From assembly GCF_013315695.1 (NCBI RefSeq), contig NZ_CP054353.1: DNA of 64,000 nucleotides; one strand, given 5' to 3'. The translations under genes and the position numbers were made by a program. The stretch's first letter is position 1. Every line of letters begins with the position of its first letter. Of this stretch, positions 26,147-36,719 are shown piece after piece. The DNA is from Escherichia coli (lineage in GTDB: Bacteria; Pseudomonadota; Gammaproteobacteria; Enterobacterales; Enterobacteriaceae). The notes below the pieces were generated by a model, which saw only the letters and a program-made list of their open reading frames with translations, searched no databases and was not told the DNA's origin.

Positions 26147-26992
26147 ATGAATGAGTTGGTGCAGATCCTGAAAAATACCCGTCAGCATTTAATGACGGGC
26201 GTTTCACACATGATTCCCTTCGTGGTATCGGGCGGTATTTTGCTGGCGGTTTCCGTCATGTTGTATGGCAAAGGCGCAGTGCCGGATGCCGTAGCCGATC
26301 CGAATCTGAAAAAACTGTTTGATATCGGCGTTGCAGGTTTGACGCTGATGGTGCCTTTCCTCGCCGCTTACATCGGTTATTCCATTGCAGAACGTTCTGC
26401 GCTGGCTCCATGCGCTATCGGTGCTTGGGTTGGTAACAGCTTTGGCGCGGGCTTCTTTGGTGCACTGATCGCCGGGATTATCGGCGGCATTGTGGTGCAT
26501 TACCTGAAGAAAATTCCGGTGCATAAAGTTCTGCGCTCGGTGATGCCAATCTTCATCATTCCTATCGTCGGCACACTGATTACCGCTGGCGTCATGATGT
26601 GGGGGCTGGCGACGCTGATTGGTCGTAAAAATTTCTCCGCAGAAGAGCGCGAAACCGGCAAGGCGGCACTGGTGATGGGCTGTGTTGGCGTTACTGAAGG
26701 GGCGATTCCTTTCGCCGCTGCCGATCCGCTGCGTGTTATTCCTTCCATCATGGTCGGTTCAGTTTGTGGTGCAGTAACTGCGGCGCTGGTCGGTGCGCAG
26801 TGCTATGCAGGCTGGGGTGGTCTGATTGTGCTGCCGGTGGTTGAAGGCAAGCTGGGTTATATCGCAGCAGTGGCTGTCGGAGCAGTGGTGACGGCTGTTT
26901 GTGTGAACGTGCTGAAAAGTCTGGCGCGTAAAAATGGGTCTTCGACTGATGAAAAAGAAGACGACCTGGATTTGGATTTTGAAATTAATTAA
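26147..26992 (+). CDS. frwC: PTS fructose-like EIIC component (shorter than recalled K-12 form)
   Basis: 281-aa polytopic membrane ORF MNELVQILKNTRQHLMTGVSHMIPFVVSGG; FrwC is about 359 aa in K-12 as I recall, so this copy may carry an in-frame internal deletion. Confidence 0.8.
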   Translation: MNELVQILKNTRQHLMTGVSHMIPFVVSGGILLAVSVMLYGKGAVPDAVADPNLKKLFDIGVAGLTLMVPFLAAYIGYSIAERSALAPCAIGAWVGNSFGAGFFGALIAGIIGGIVVHYLKKIPVHKVLRSVMPIFIIPIVGTLITAGVMMWGLATLIGRKNFSAEERETGKAALVMGCVGVTEGAIPFAAADPLRVIPSIMVGSVCGAVTAALVGAQCYAGWGGLIVLPVVEGKLGYIAAVAVGAVVTAVCVNVLKSLARKNGSSTDEKEDDLDLDFEIN

Positions 26993-27006
26993 TTGAGGAA
27001 CGAGCC

Positions 27007-27327
27007 ATGACGAAAATTATTGCAGTAACCGCGTGTCCATCTGGTGTTGCCCATACCTATATGGCGGCAGAGGCGCTGGAAAGTGCCGCGAAAGCGAAAG
27101 GCTGGGAAGTGAAAGTAGAAACCCAGGGCTCGATTGGTCTGGAAAATGAACTGACTGCGGAAGACGTGGCGAGCGCCGATATGGTGATTCTGACCAAAGA
27201 TATCGGCATCAAGTTTGAAGAGCGTTTTGCTGGCAAGACCATCGTGCGCGTCAACATCAGCGACGCGGTAAAACGCGCTGATGCCATTATGAGCAAAATT
27301 GAAGCTCACCTGGCACAAACCGCTTAA
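27007..27327 (+). CDS. frwB: PTS fructose-like EIIB component
   Basis: 106-aa ORF MTKIIAVTACPSGVAHTYMAAEALE with the EIIB active-site Cys motif. Confidence 0.9.
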   Translation: MTKIIAVTACPSGVAHTYMAAEALESAAKAKGWEVKVETQGSIGLENELTAEDVASADMVILTKDIGIKFEERFAGKTIVRVNISDAVKRADAIMSKIEAHLAQTA

Positions 27328-27335
27328 GTTCTTAT

Positions 27336-27360
27336 CCCGCCCGTAAGGGCGGGTTCGCTT
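27336..27360 (+). other. Stem-loop between frwB and pflD (possible intra-operon attenuator or RNA processing element)
   Basis: cccgccc-gtaa-gggcggg hairpin followed by ttcgcttt. Confidence 0.4.
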
Positions 27361-27377
27361 TCCCACAGGAGTTCCTC

Positions 27378-29675
27378 ATGACGAATCGTATCTCTCGCCT
27401 CAAAACTGCACTGTTTGCCAATACCCGTGAAATCTCGCTGGAGCGGGCGCTGCTTTATACCGCCAGCCATCGGCAAACCGAAGGCGAACCGGTGATATTG
27501 CGCCGGGCGAAAGCAACAGCGTATATCCTTGAACATGTTGAAATTTCGATTCGTGATGAAGAACTGATTGCCGGTAACCGTACGGTGAAACCGCGCGCCG
27601 GAATTATGTCGCCGGAAATGGACCCTTACTGGCTGCTGAAAGAGCTGGATCAATTCCCGACGCGTCCGCAGGACCGCTTTGCTATCAGCGAAGAAGATAA
27701 ACGTATCTACCGCGAAGAGTTGTTCCCGTACTGGGAAAAACGTTCGATGAAAGATTTCATTAACGGGCAGATGACGGATGAAGTAAAAGCCGCGACCAGC
27801 ACGCAGATTTTCAGCATCAACCAGACGGATAAAGGCCAGGGGCACATTATTATTGATTACCCGCGCCTGCTGAATCACGGGCTGGGTGAGCTGGTAGCGC
27901 AAATGCAGCAACATTGTCAGCAACAGCCGGAGAATCACTTTTATCAGGCCGCGTTGTTACTGCTGGAAGCCTCGCAGAAACACATTTTGCGTTACGCCGA
28001 ACTGGCGGAAACGATGGCGGCAAACTGCACAGATGCCCAGCGTCGCAAAGAGCTGCTGACTATTGCGGAGATCTCCCGCCATAACGCGCAACATAAGCCG
28101 CAGACGTTCTGGCAGGCGTGCCAGTTATTCTGGTACATGAACATCATTCTGCAATACGAATCCAACGCCAGTTCGCTGTCTTTAGGGCGCTTCGACCAGT
28201 ATATGTTGCCGTTCTATCAGGTATCATTAACCCAGGGCGAAGATCCGGCGTTCCTGAAAGAACTGCTCGAATCTTTATGGGTGAAATGCAACGACATCGT
28301 GCTGTTGCGCTCCACCAGTAGCGCGCGTTATTTCGCCGGTTTCCCGACCGGCTATACCGCACTGCTCGGCGGGTTAACTGAGAACGGACGTAGCGCGGTG
28401 AACGTACTTTCGTTCCTCTGTCTCGACGCCTATCAAAGTGTGCAATTACCGCAACCGAACCTGGGGGTGCGCACTAACGCCTTGATCGACACGCCGTTCC
28501 TGATGAAAACCGCCGAAACCATTCGCCTTGGCACCGGTATTCCGCAAATCTTCAACGATGAAGTGGTGGTGCCAGCGTTCCTCAACCGTGGCGTTTCGCT
28601 GGAAGATGCACGCGACTATTCCGTAGTGGGCTGTGTGGAATTATCTATTCCCGGCAGAACCTACGGCTTGCATGACATCGCGATGTTTAATCTGCTGAAA
28701 GTGATGGAAATCTGCCTGCATGAAAATGAAGGCAATGCTGCGCTGACTTATGAAGGTTTACTGGAGCAGATCCGCGCCAAGATCAGCCACTACATCACCC
28801 TGATGGTTGAGGGCAGCAATATTTGCGATATCGGTCACCGTGACTGGGCACCTGTACCGCTGCTCTCATCGTTTATCAGCGATTGTCTGGAAAAAGGCCG
28901 CGATATTACCGATGGCGGTGCGCGTTATAACTTCTCCGGCGTACAGGGGATCGGTATCGCCAACCTGAGCGATTCTCTCCATGCGTTGAAAGGTATGGTT
29001 TTTGAGCAACAGCGTTTAAGTTTTGACGAATTGCTGTCGGTATTAAAAGCCAACTTCGCAACGCCAGAAGGCGAAAAAGTCCGTGCTCGCTTAATTAACC
29101 GCTTCGAGAAATACGGTAACGATATCGACGAGGTGGATAACATCAGCGCCGAACTGTTACGCCACTACTGCAAAGAAGTGGAAAAATACCAGAACCCGCG
29201 CGGCGGCTACTTCACGCCGGGATCGTATACCGTTTCTGCTCACGTCCCGTTGGGATCGGTGGTTGGCGCGACGCCAGACGGTCGTTTTGCCGGGGAACAA
29301 CTGGCAGACGGTGGCTTGTCTCCCATGCTGGGCCAGGACGCACAAGGACCAACGGCGGTACTGAAATCAGTCAGCAAGCTCGATAACACGCTGCTTTCTA
29401 ACGGTACGTTGCTGAACGTGAAATTCACTCCGGCGACCCTGGAAGGTGAAGCGGGATTACGCAAACTGGCTGACTTCTTACGGGCATTTACCCAGCTTAA
29501 GTTACAACACATTCAGTTTAACGTGGTGAACGCCGACACGTTGCGGGAAGCGCAACAGCGCCCACAAGATTATGCCGGGCTGGTGGTGCGCGTTGCCGGA
29601 TACAGCGCCTTCTTTGTCGAACTGTCGAAGGAGATCCAGGATGACATCATCCGCCGGACAGCGCATCAGCTGTAA
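27378..29675 (+). CDS. pflD: Formate acetyltransferase 2 (glycyl-radical enzyme)
   Basis: 765-aa ORF of the PFL-like glycyl radical family, with the C-terminal glycyl-radical region (VVRVAGYSAFF). Confidence 0.9.
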   Translation: MTNRISRLKTALFANTREISLERALLYTASHRQTEGEPVILRRAKATAYILEHVEISIRDEELIAGNRTVKPRAGIMSPEMDPYWLLKELDQFPTRPQDRFAISEEDKRIYREELFPYWEKRSMKDFINGQMTDEVKAATSTQIFSINQTDKGQGHIIIDYPRLLNHGLGELVAQMQQHCQQQPENHFYQAALLLLEASQKHILRYAELAETMAANCTDAQRRKELLTIAEISRHNAQHKPQTFWQACQLFWYMNIILQYESNASSLSLGRFDQYMLPFYQVSLTQGEDPAFLKELLESLWVKCNDIVLLRSTSSARYFAGFPTGYTALLGGLTENGRSAVNVLSFLCLDAYQSVQLPQPNLGVRTNALIDTPFLMKTAETIRLGTGIPQIFNDEVVVPAFLNRGVSLEDARDYSVVGCVELSIPGRTYGLHDIAMFNLLKVMEICLHENEGNAALTYEGLLEQIRAKISHYITLMVEGSNICDIGHRDWAPVPLLSSFISDCLEKGRDITDGGARYNFSGVQGIGIANLSDSLHALKGMVFEQQRLSFDELLSVLKANFATPEGEKVRARLINRFEKYGNDIDEVDNISAELLRHYCKEVEKYQNPRGGYFTPGSYTVSAHVPLGSVVGATPDGRFAGEQLADGGLSPMLGQDAQGPTAVLKSVSKLDNTLLSNGTLLNVKFTPATLEGEAGLRKLADFLRAFTQLKLQHIQFNVVNADTLREAQQRPQDYAGLVVRVAGYSAFFVELSKEIQDDIIRRTAHQL

Positions 29676-30519
29676 CGTTGTGGAAACGCGCCGCGATGAT
29701 GTGGCGCGCATTTTCAACATTCAGCGTTATTCACTGAATGACGGCGAGGGCATTCGTACGGTGGTCTTTTTTAAAGGCTGTCCGCATCTTTGCCCGTGGT
29801 GTGCTAATCCGGAGTCGATCTCCGGCAAAATCCAGACGGTACGCAGAGAGGCGAAATGTCTGCACTGTGCGAAATGTTTGCGTGATGCGGATGAATGCCC
29901 GTCCGGGGCGTTTGAACGGATTGGTCGCGATATCAGCCTTGACGCGCTGGAACGGGAAGTGATGAAAGATGACATTTTCTTTCGCACGTCCGGCGGCGGC
30001 GTCACGCTTTCTGGCGGCGAAGTGTTAATGCAGGCGGAGTTTGCTACCCGTTTTTTACAGCGGCTTCGGTTGTGGGGTGTGTCATGCGCCATCGAAACTG
30101 CCGGAGACGCGCCGACCAGCAAGTTGTTACCGCTGGCGAAATTGTGCGATGAAGTGTTGTTCGATTTAAAAATTATGGACGCGACTCAGGCGCGGGATGT
30201 GGTGAAGATGAACCTGCCACGCGTGCTGGAGAATCTGCGTTTGCTGATTAGTGAGGGCGTCAACGTGATCCCGCGTTTACCGCTGATCCCTGGTTTCACG
30301 CTCAGCCGGGAGAATATGCAGCAGGCGCTGGACGTGCTGATCCCGCTGAATATCAGGCAGATCCATCTGTTACCGTTTCATCAGTACGGCGAACCGAAAT
30401 ACCGCCTGCTGGGGAAAACATGGTCGATGAAAGAGGTGTCTGCGCCGTCGTCAGCCGATGTGACAACGATGCGCGAAATGGCAGAACGGGCCGGATTTCA
30501 GGTTACCGTGGGAGGTTAA
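29641..30519 (+). CDS. pflC: Pyruvate formate-lyase 2 activating enzyme (radical SAM)
   Basis: ORF 29572..30519; start trimmed to MTSSAGQRISCNV giving 292 aa; CPHLCPWC radical-SAM cluster motif; overlaps pflD 3' end by 35 bp. Confidence 0.88.
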   Translation: MTSSAGQRISCNVVETRRDDVARIFNIQRYSLNDGEGIRTVVFFKGCPHLCPWCANPESISGKIQTVRREAKCLHCAKCLRDADECPSGAFERIGRDISLDALEREVMKDDIFFRTSGGGVTLSGGEVLMQAEFATRFLQRLRLWGVSCAIETAGDAPTSKLLPLAKLCDEVLFDLKIMDATQARDVVKMNLPRVLENLRLLISEGVNVIPRLPLIPGFTLSRENMQQALDVLIPLNIRQIHLLPFHQYGEPKYRLLGKTWSMKEVSAPSSADVTTMREMAERAGFQVTVGG

Positions 30520-30520
30520 A

Positions 30521-30862
30521 ATGGCATACCTGGTGGCAGTAACCGCCTGCGTAAGCGGCGTGGCGCATACTTATATGGCGGCGGAACGGCTGGAAAAGTT
30601 GTGCCTGTTAGAGAAGTGGGGCGTCAGCATTGAAACTCAGGGCGCGCTGGGAACGGAGAATCGTTTAGCGGACGAGGATATCCGTCGGGCGGATGTTGCG
30701 CTGTTAATTACGGATATCGAGCTTGCCGGTGCTGAGCGATTTGAACATTGCCGCTATGTGCAATGCAGCATCTACGCTTTCCTGCGTGAGCCGCAGCGGG
30801 TGATGAGCGCGGTGCGCAAAGTGCTTTCTGCGCCGCAGCAAACCCATCTTATTCTGGAGTAG
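30521..30862 (+). CDS. frwD: PTS fructose-like EIIB component 2
   Basis: 113-aa ORF MAYLVAVTACVSGVAHTYMAAERLE; EIIB family. Confidence 0.88.
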   Translation: MAYLVAVTACVSGVAHTYMAAERLEKLCLLEKWGVSIETQGALGTENRLADEDIRRADVALLITDIELAGAERFEHCRYVQCSIYAFLREPQRVMSAVRKVLSAPQQTHLILE

Positions 30863-31700
30863 TCGGTTTTTCTGTCAGTTGGCTGTGGTACTGCCGACGA
30901 TATTCCGACGGCGAGCGTTCGGTATTTTTACGAAACAGACGGCAGAAGTAGTTGCTGTCGACAAAGCCGCAGGCGTGCGCCACTTCTTTTACCTTCAGGT
31001 CATAGCCTTTCAATAACGTCTTAGCGTGCTCCAGTCGCGTGTGATTCAGGTATTCGTTAAAACCAATGGCCCCCGTTTTTTGAAACAGGTGCGAGAGGTA
31101 ATTTGGCGAAATATAGAATGCCTGTGCGACAGATTCGCGGGTAAGCGCGGAGGCATAGCGTTCGTCGATATAATCGCGAATAGCTTCGAATAGAGCCTGG
31201 CTACGTGAGGCGGTCTGGATTTGGCTGCCGAGCAAATCGCGGCAGTGGCTAAGCAGGCTGGCGACGATAAGCCTTGCCGTTTGCTGCTCCTGCGGCTGCA
31301 TTTGCATTTCATTGAGCGTTTGTAGCAGAAAAGAACCAATGCGCGGGCCGCGTCGGGCGACGTGTTGCTTCGCCAGATTTTGATATTGTTTGCCATCCCA
31401 TTGCACGACGCTGAAGCCGAGTTGCTGTTTGCCAAACAGCACGCTAAAGGTAGTGGCGGGGGCTTGCCATTGTGGAAAATTCCAGCCACCAGCGGCAACG
31501 TACAGCACATCGCCGGGAACTAACGTTGCTCCAGCGCCGGTATCAACAAACTCACCTTCCAGCACAATTTCCAGACGTGGAAAATCGACCTGATACGCAA
31601 GATCGGGCACCGGGCCGTTACTGCTGGCAAAGTAAATCTGGCGCAGGGACAGCGGGCCGTTGATCAGGCGGGAGAGCAGATAGCTGACGTCGTGATACAT
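30849..31700 (-). CDS. yijO: AraC-family transcriptional regulator YijO
   Basis: 283-aa ORF with cupin-like N-domain and C-terminal AraC HTH (NYFCRLFRKNTERSPSEYR). Confidence 0.85.
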   Translation of the reverse strand: MYHDVSYLLSRLINGPLSLRQIYFASSNGPVPDLAYQVDFPRLEIVLEGEFVDTGAGATLVPGDVLYVAAGGWNFPQWQAPATTFSVLFGKQQLGFSVVQWDGKQYQNLAKQHVARRGPRIGSFLLQTLNEMQMQPQEQQTARLIVASLLSHCRDLLGSQIQTASRSQALFEAIRDYIDERYASALTRESVAQAFYISPNYLSHLFQKTGAIGFNEYLNHTRLEHAKTLLKGYDLKVKEVAHACGFVDSNYFCRLFRKNTERSPSEYRRQYHSQLTEKPTTPE

Positions 31701-31848
31701 GTTATTCCCTTAGGTATGTAGACGGGAAAACAGTAACTGGCATTATTAAAAAAGGCCACCTGAAAAGTGTGGCCTGAGGGGAGTTCGATGTAAACATTGC
31801 GGCAGTATCGCATCCGGCAAATAGCGCCAGACGCGATACAAAGGTCAT

Positions 31849-33582
31849 TTACTGATTACCTACCTGGTCGCCATATGGCAGCGTGTCGTAATCGATCAGC
31901 GCGTTTTTCTTGTACGGGTTACCAATCCAGCGGGTAGTTTCTTTGAACTGCGGATTCACCACTGAACGGGTTGGATCGTAACCGTCGTAAGATAAGCCCG
32001 CCAAATCTGACCAGGTGTGGATCAGTTCCGCAAGGCTGTATTTACGATCAACATCCTGTGAGAAATCACGCGGATGAGTCGCTTGCCATTTTTCCGACGT
32101 CCACAGCAGGAACGGAATGGTGTACATGTGGCGCGTCGGGTTGTCCTCATTACGCCCCTGGGTTTTATGCGGCGGCGTGTCGTAAACCTCTTCACCGTGG
32201 TCAGAGAAGTAAACCAGGAATCCGTTCGGGTCTGCCGCTTTAAAGTCTTTAATCAGGCTGGCAACCACATGATCGTTATACAGGTTAGCGTTGTCATAAT
32301 CGTTATATGACTCCAGCTCTTCTGCGTTTAATCCCGGTGGGACATGATCGGTATTGCCATCAAACTTGCCCTGATTTTCCGGGTAGCGGTATTTGTATTT
32401 GATATGCGTACCCAGCAGATGAACGATGATCAGTTTCTTCGGCGCAGGGTCCTTCAGCACTTCCTGGAACGGCTTCAGCACGTTAGTGTCGTATTCACGC
32501 GCACTCTGCGTACGTTGCTGGTTCATGTAGTACTGCTTGTCGGTCTGGCGCGAAAATACCGTCAGCATCGTATTGCGGGCGGTCATTGTCTGCTGGTTGG
32601 TGATCCAGAAGGTTTTATAACCCGCCTGTTTCATCATGTTCATCAGCGACGGCTGCGTCAGATACAGATCCGGGTTCTTTTCATTGGCAAAGGTCAGCGC
32701 CTGTTGCAGGATTTCAATGGTGTACGGACGAGACGTAACCACGTTATTAAACACGGTCAGATTCGGATCGGTTTTATGCAGCGCATCCAGCTCCGGCGTG
32801 GTTTCACGCGGATAACCGTACAGACTCATGCGTCCACGCTGGGTCGATTCGCCAATTACCAGCACTAAGGTGCGCGGTTCGTTACCCGATTCATCTTTGA
32901 AATTAGCCAGCGGCGGCAAGGCATTATTTTCATTCAGTAGCTTTGTTAGCGAGTTTAGTTGCTGACGATACTGATAATAGCCGGTCAGGAATTGCCACGG
33001 TGCGGCAGGCTCCATACGCGATGCCAGGTTATCCAACGTTTTCTCAAACGGCTTGTTCTTGATAAACGTATTCATGGCGATCGGATGCAGAATCAAGCCA
33101 TAAAGCAGGGCAAAAGAGACAACATAACGCCACGGCTTTGGAATATAGACCGGGCGCAGGCGTGTCCACAGCAGAACTGCCACCGCCGTATAGGCCAGCG
33201 CGATAAGCACAATTTTCAGGCTGAAATACTGGCTTAAATACTCGCTGGCTTCGTTGGTGTTGGTTTCGAACATCACAAACAGAACGCTCTGCGAGAACTC
33301 CTGACCGTAGATGACGTAATAGCACAGCGCCGCCAGAGAGGCCGCCCATAGCACCACGCCGATCACTGCGGCAATAATTTTAATCCGCTTCGGAAAGAGG
33401 AATACCGGGATCAACCACAGCGAACTGAATAACAGCGAGTCGCGAATGCCGTTAGTGCCACTATAACCACTGATGTAAATAATGGCCTGTAGCAGAGTAG
33501 AGAAAAACCAAAAGTAGAGCAGTGCCCAACCCAGGGCTTTCCAGCTAAAAAGGGGTTTAGCCTGGACTTCTGTGGAATGCAT
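31849..33582 (-). CDS. eptC: Phosphoethanolamine transferase EptC (sulfatase family)
   Basis: ORF 31849..33627; start trimmed to MHSTEVQAKPLFSWKALGW giving 577 aa; N-terminal TM helices plus sulfatase domain. Confidence 0.88.
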   Translation of the reverse strand: MHSTEVQAKPLFSWKALGWALLYFWFFSTLLQAIIYISGYSGTNGIRDSLLFSSLWLIPVFLFPKRIKIIAAVIGVVLWAASLAALCYYVIYGQEFSQSVLFVMFETNTNEASEYLSQYFSLKIVLIALAYTAVAVLLWTRLRPVYIPKPWRYVVSFALLYGLILHPIAMNTFIKNKPFEKTLDNLASRMEPAAPWQFLTGYYQYRQQLNSLTKLLNENNALPPLANFKDESGNEPRTLVLVIGESTQRGRMSLYGYPRETTPELDALHKTDPNLTVFNNVVTSRPYTIEILQQALTFANEKNPDLYLTQPSLMNMMKQAGYKTFWITNQQTMTARNTMLTVFSRQTDKQYYMNQQRTQSAREYDTNVLKPFQEVLKDPAPKKLIIVHLLGTHIKYKYRYPENQGKFDGNTDHVPPGLNAEELESYNDYDNANLYNDHVVASLIKDFKAADPNGFLVYFSDHGEEVYDTPPHKTQGRNEDNPTRHMYTIPFLLWTSEKWQATHPRDFSQDVDRKYSLAELIHTWSDLAGLSYDGYDPTRSVVNPQFKETTRWIGNPYKKNALIDYDTLPYGDQVGNQ

Positions 33583-33766
33583 AGTAAGAACCTGTCTTGA
33601 AAAAAATATCGCCGAATGTAACGACAATTCCTTAAGGATATCTGAAGGGATATCCAGAATTTGAATAAAATGCAGACAGAAATATATTGAAAACGAGGGT
33701 GTTAGAACAGAAGTATTTCAGAAAACCCTCGCGCAAAAGCACGAGGGTTTGCAGGAGGGGGGAAGA

Positions 33767-36418
33767 TTAGCCGGTATTACGCATACCTGCCGCAATCCCG
33801 GCAATAGTAACCATTAACGCTTGCTCGACGCGAGGATCCGGTTCCTGGCCTTCTTTTTCTGCCTGGCGGGAGCGGTGCAGCAACTCGGCCTGCAATACGT
33901 TCAGCGGGTCGGTGTAAATATTCCGTAGCTGAATAGACTCTGCAATCCACGGCAGATCGGCCATCAAATGGGAATCGTTGGCAATCGCCAGCACCACTTT
34001 GATGTCTTCTTCTTGCAGATTGCGTAACTCTTTACCTAACGGCCACAGTGCTTTGTCTACCAGACGTTGATCATAGTATTCCGCCAGCCACAGGTCTGCT
34101 TTGGCGAAGACCATCTCCAGCATGCCGAGACGCGTCGAGAAGAATGGCCAATCGCGGCACATGGCTTCCAGTTCGCTCTGCTTGCCATCTTCGACCACTT
34201 TTTGCAGCGCCGTACCTGCACCCAGCCAGGCGGGGAGCATCAGGCGGTTTTGTGTCCAGGCAAAAATCCACGGAATGGCGCGCAGTGACTCGACGCCGCC
34301 GGTTGGGCGACGTTTCGCCGGACGTGAACCCAACGGCAGTTTGCCCAGTTCCTGTTCCGGCGTAGCGGAGCGGAAGTAAGGCACAAAATCTTTGTTTTCA
34401 CGTACGTAGCCACGGTAGAGATCGCAGGAGATGACTGACAGTTCATCCATAATGCGACGCCAGCTCTCTTTCGGCTCAGGCGGTGGCAGCAGGTTGGCTT
34501 CCAGAATCGCCCCGGTGTACAGCGACAGGCTGCTGACGGTGATTTCTGGCAGACCATATTTAAAGCGGATCATCTCGCCCTGTTCAGTCACGCGCAGGCC
34601 ACCTTTCAGGCTTCCTGGCGGTTGTGACAGCAGCGCCGCATGAGCAGGTGCGCCGCCGCGACCAATGGAACCGCCGCGACCGTGGAACAACGTCAGCTCA
34701 ATACCCGCTTTTTCGCAGGTTTTGATTAATGCATCCTGTGCCTGATATTGCGCCCAGGAAGCTGCCATCACGCCCGCATCTTTTGCTGAGTCGGAATAGC
34801 CAATCATCACCATCTGTTTGCCCTGAATCAGGCCGCGATACCAGTCGATATTCAGCAGCTGGGTCATGACATCGTTGGCGTTGTTCAGGTCATCGAGGGT
34901 TTCAAACAGCGGAGCAACCGGCATCGCAAACCCGATACCCGCTTCTTTCAGCAGCAGGTGGACAGCCAGCACGTCGGACGGCGTTTTCGCCATCGAGATC
35001 ACGTAGGCGGCAATGGAGCCTTGCGGCGCTTCGGCAATCACCTGGCAGGTATCGAGCACTTCGCGCGTTTCGGCGCTTGGTTGCCAGTTGCGCGGCAGAA
35101 GCGGACGTTTGGAGTTCAGTTCGCGGATCAGGAACGCCTGTTTGTCGGCCTCTGACCAGCTTTCGTAGTCGCCGATACCGAGGTAGCGGGTCAGCTCGCC
35201 CAGCGCTTCGGTATGGCGGGTGCTCTCCTGACGGATATCAATACGGACCAGCGGTACGCCGAAACATTTCACGCGGCGCAGGGTGTCGAGCAGATCGCCG
35301 TTGGCGATAATACCCATGCCACACGCCTGAAGTGACTGGTAGCAAGCGTAGAGCGGTTCCCACAGTTCTTCGTTTTGTGTCAGCAGGCCTTCTGGTTTTG
35401 GCAGTTCTTCGCCTTTCAGGCGCGCTTCCAGCCATGCCTGTGTCGCCATCAGGCGAGAACGCAGGTTTTTCATCAGATAGCGATACGGTTCTGCGGCACC
35501 TTCTTCGCCAACCAGCGCCAGCAGTTCAGGGGTCGCTTCAACCATCGACAGTTCAGAAACCAGCACCTGAATATCTTTCAGGAACAGATCGGTGGCTTTC
35601 CAGCGACTGAGCAGCAGGACGTGGCGGGTGATATCGGCAGTGACGTTCGGGTTGCCGTCGCGGTCACCGCCCATCCACGAGGTAAAACGGACCGGAACAA
35701 ATTCGACGGGCAGTTTGTAGCCGAGATTCTCTTCCAGTTGTTCGTTCAGTTCGCGCAGGTAATTCGGTACGCCTTGCCACAGGCTGTTTTCTACTACGGC
35801 AAAGCCCCATTTGGCTTCATCTACCGGGCTTGGACGCAGCTTACGGATTTCATCGGTATGCCATGACTGGGCGATCAACTGGCGCAGGCGGCGCATCAGC
35901 TGGTTGTGTTCGTAGTCAGCGATATCTTTGTTATCGAGCTGTTTTAAGCAGGCGTTCACTTCCACCATTTTGTGGATCAGTGTACGACGGGTAATTTCGG
36001 TTGGGTGAGCCGTGAGGACCAGTTCCAGCGACAGCGATTCCACTGCTTTTTTGATGGTGTCTTCGCTCAGTTCCGGCTGGTTTTTCAGTTTACGCAGGGT
36101 GCGGGCGATCACTTCCGGGTTGCTGGCAGCTTCGCCTTTCGGCGAAATGCTGTGGTATTGCTCGGCGGTGTTGGCCAGGTTCAGGAATTGACTAAACGCA
36201 CGCGCAACGGGCAGCAGCTCGTCGTTCGACAAATTTTGTAAGGTGGTGAGCAACTCCTGGCGGTTAGCATCATTGCCAGCGCGTGAAGATTTGGACAACT
36301 TACGGATAGTTTCTACGCGTTCAAGAATGTGTTCTCCTAACGCATCCTTGATGGTTTCTCCCAGCACTTTGCCGAGCATACTGACATTACTACGCAATGC
36401 GGAATATTGTTCGTTCAT
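33767..36418 (-). CDS. ppc: Phosphoenolpyruvate carboxylase
   Basis: 883-aa [33 protein letters not shown] ... C-terminal QNTG; PEPC family. Confidence 0.95.
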
Positions 36419-36665
36419 ATTACCCCAGACACCCCATCTTATCGTTTGATAGCCCTGTATCCTTCACGTCGCATTGGCGCGAATATGCTCGGGCTTTGCT
36501 TTTCGTCGTCTTTTATAAAGCCACGTAAAAGCGGTGACGTCAAATGCTGCGAAATCGCTTCAGCAAACGAATAAATAGCAGGAATTTACGCCATTAAATT
36601 CACGACGCTTTAAATAAGCGTAACTTATGGGAATGTTAAAAAATCGCCTCGAGTAACACCAAAGG

Positions 36666-36716
36666 TGTAGGTCGGATAAGATGCGCAAGCATCGCATCCG
36701 ACATTGTTTGGCCTAC
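36666..36716. repeat. REP-like palindromic element downstream of argE
   Basis: tgtaggtcggataagatgcgcaagcatcgcatccgacattgtttggcctac: inverted repeat with REP-like features. Confidence 0.5.
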
Positions 36717-36719
36717 GTT

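Noticed and set aside
27324-27938. 204-aa minus-strand ORF overlapping the pflD 5' region
   Set aside because: Antisense to the pflD start, with no plausible RBS context or recognisable domain; treated as an antisense artefact.
31753-31840. Hairpin aggccacctgaaaagtgtggcct and REP-like fragment cgcatccggcaaatagcgcc between yijO and eptC
   Set aside because: Probably an ordinary intrinsic terminator and a partial REP in a divergent/convergent intergenic region; too fragmentary to call confidently as a feature.
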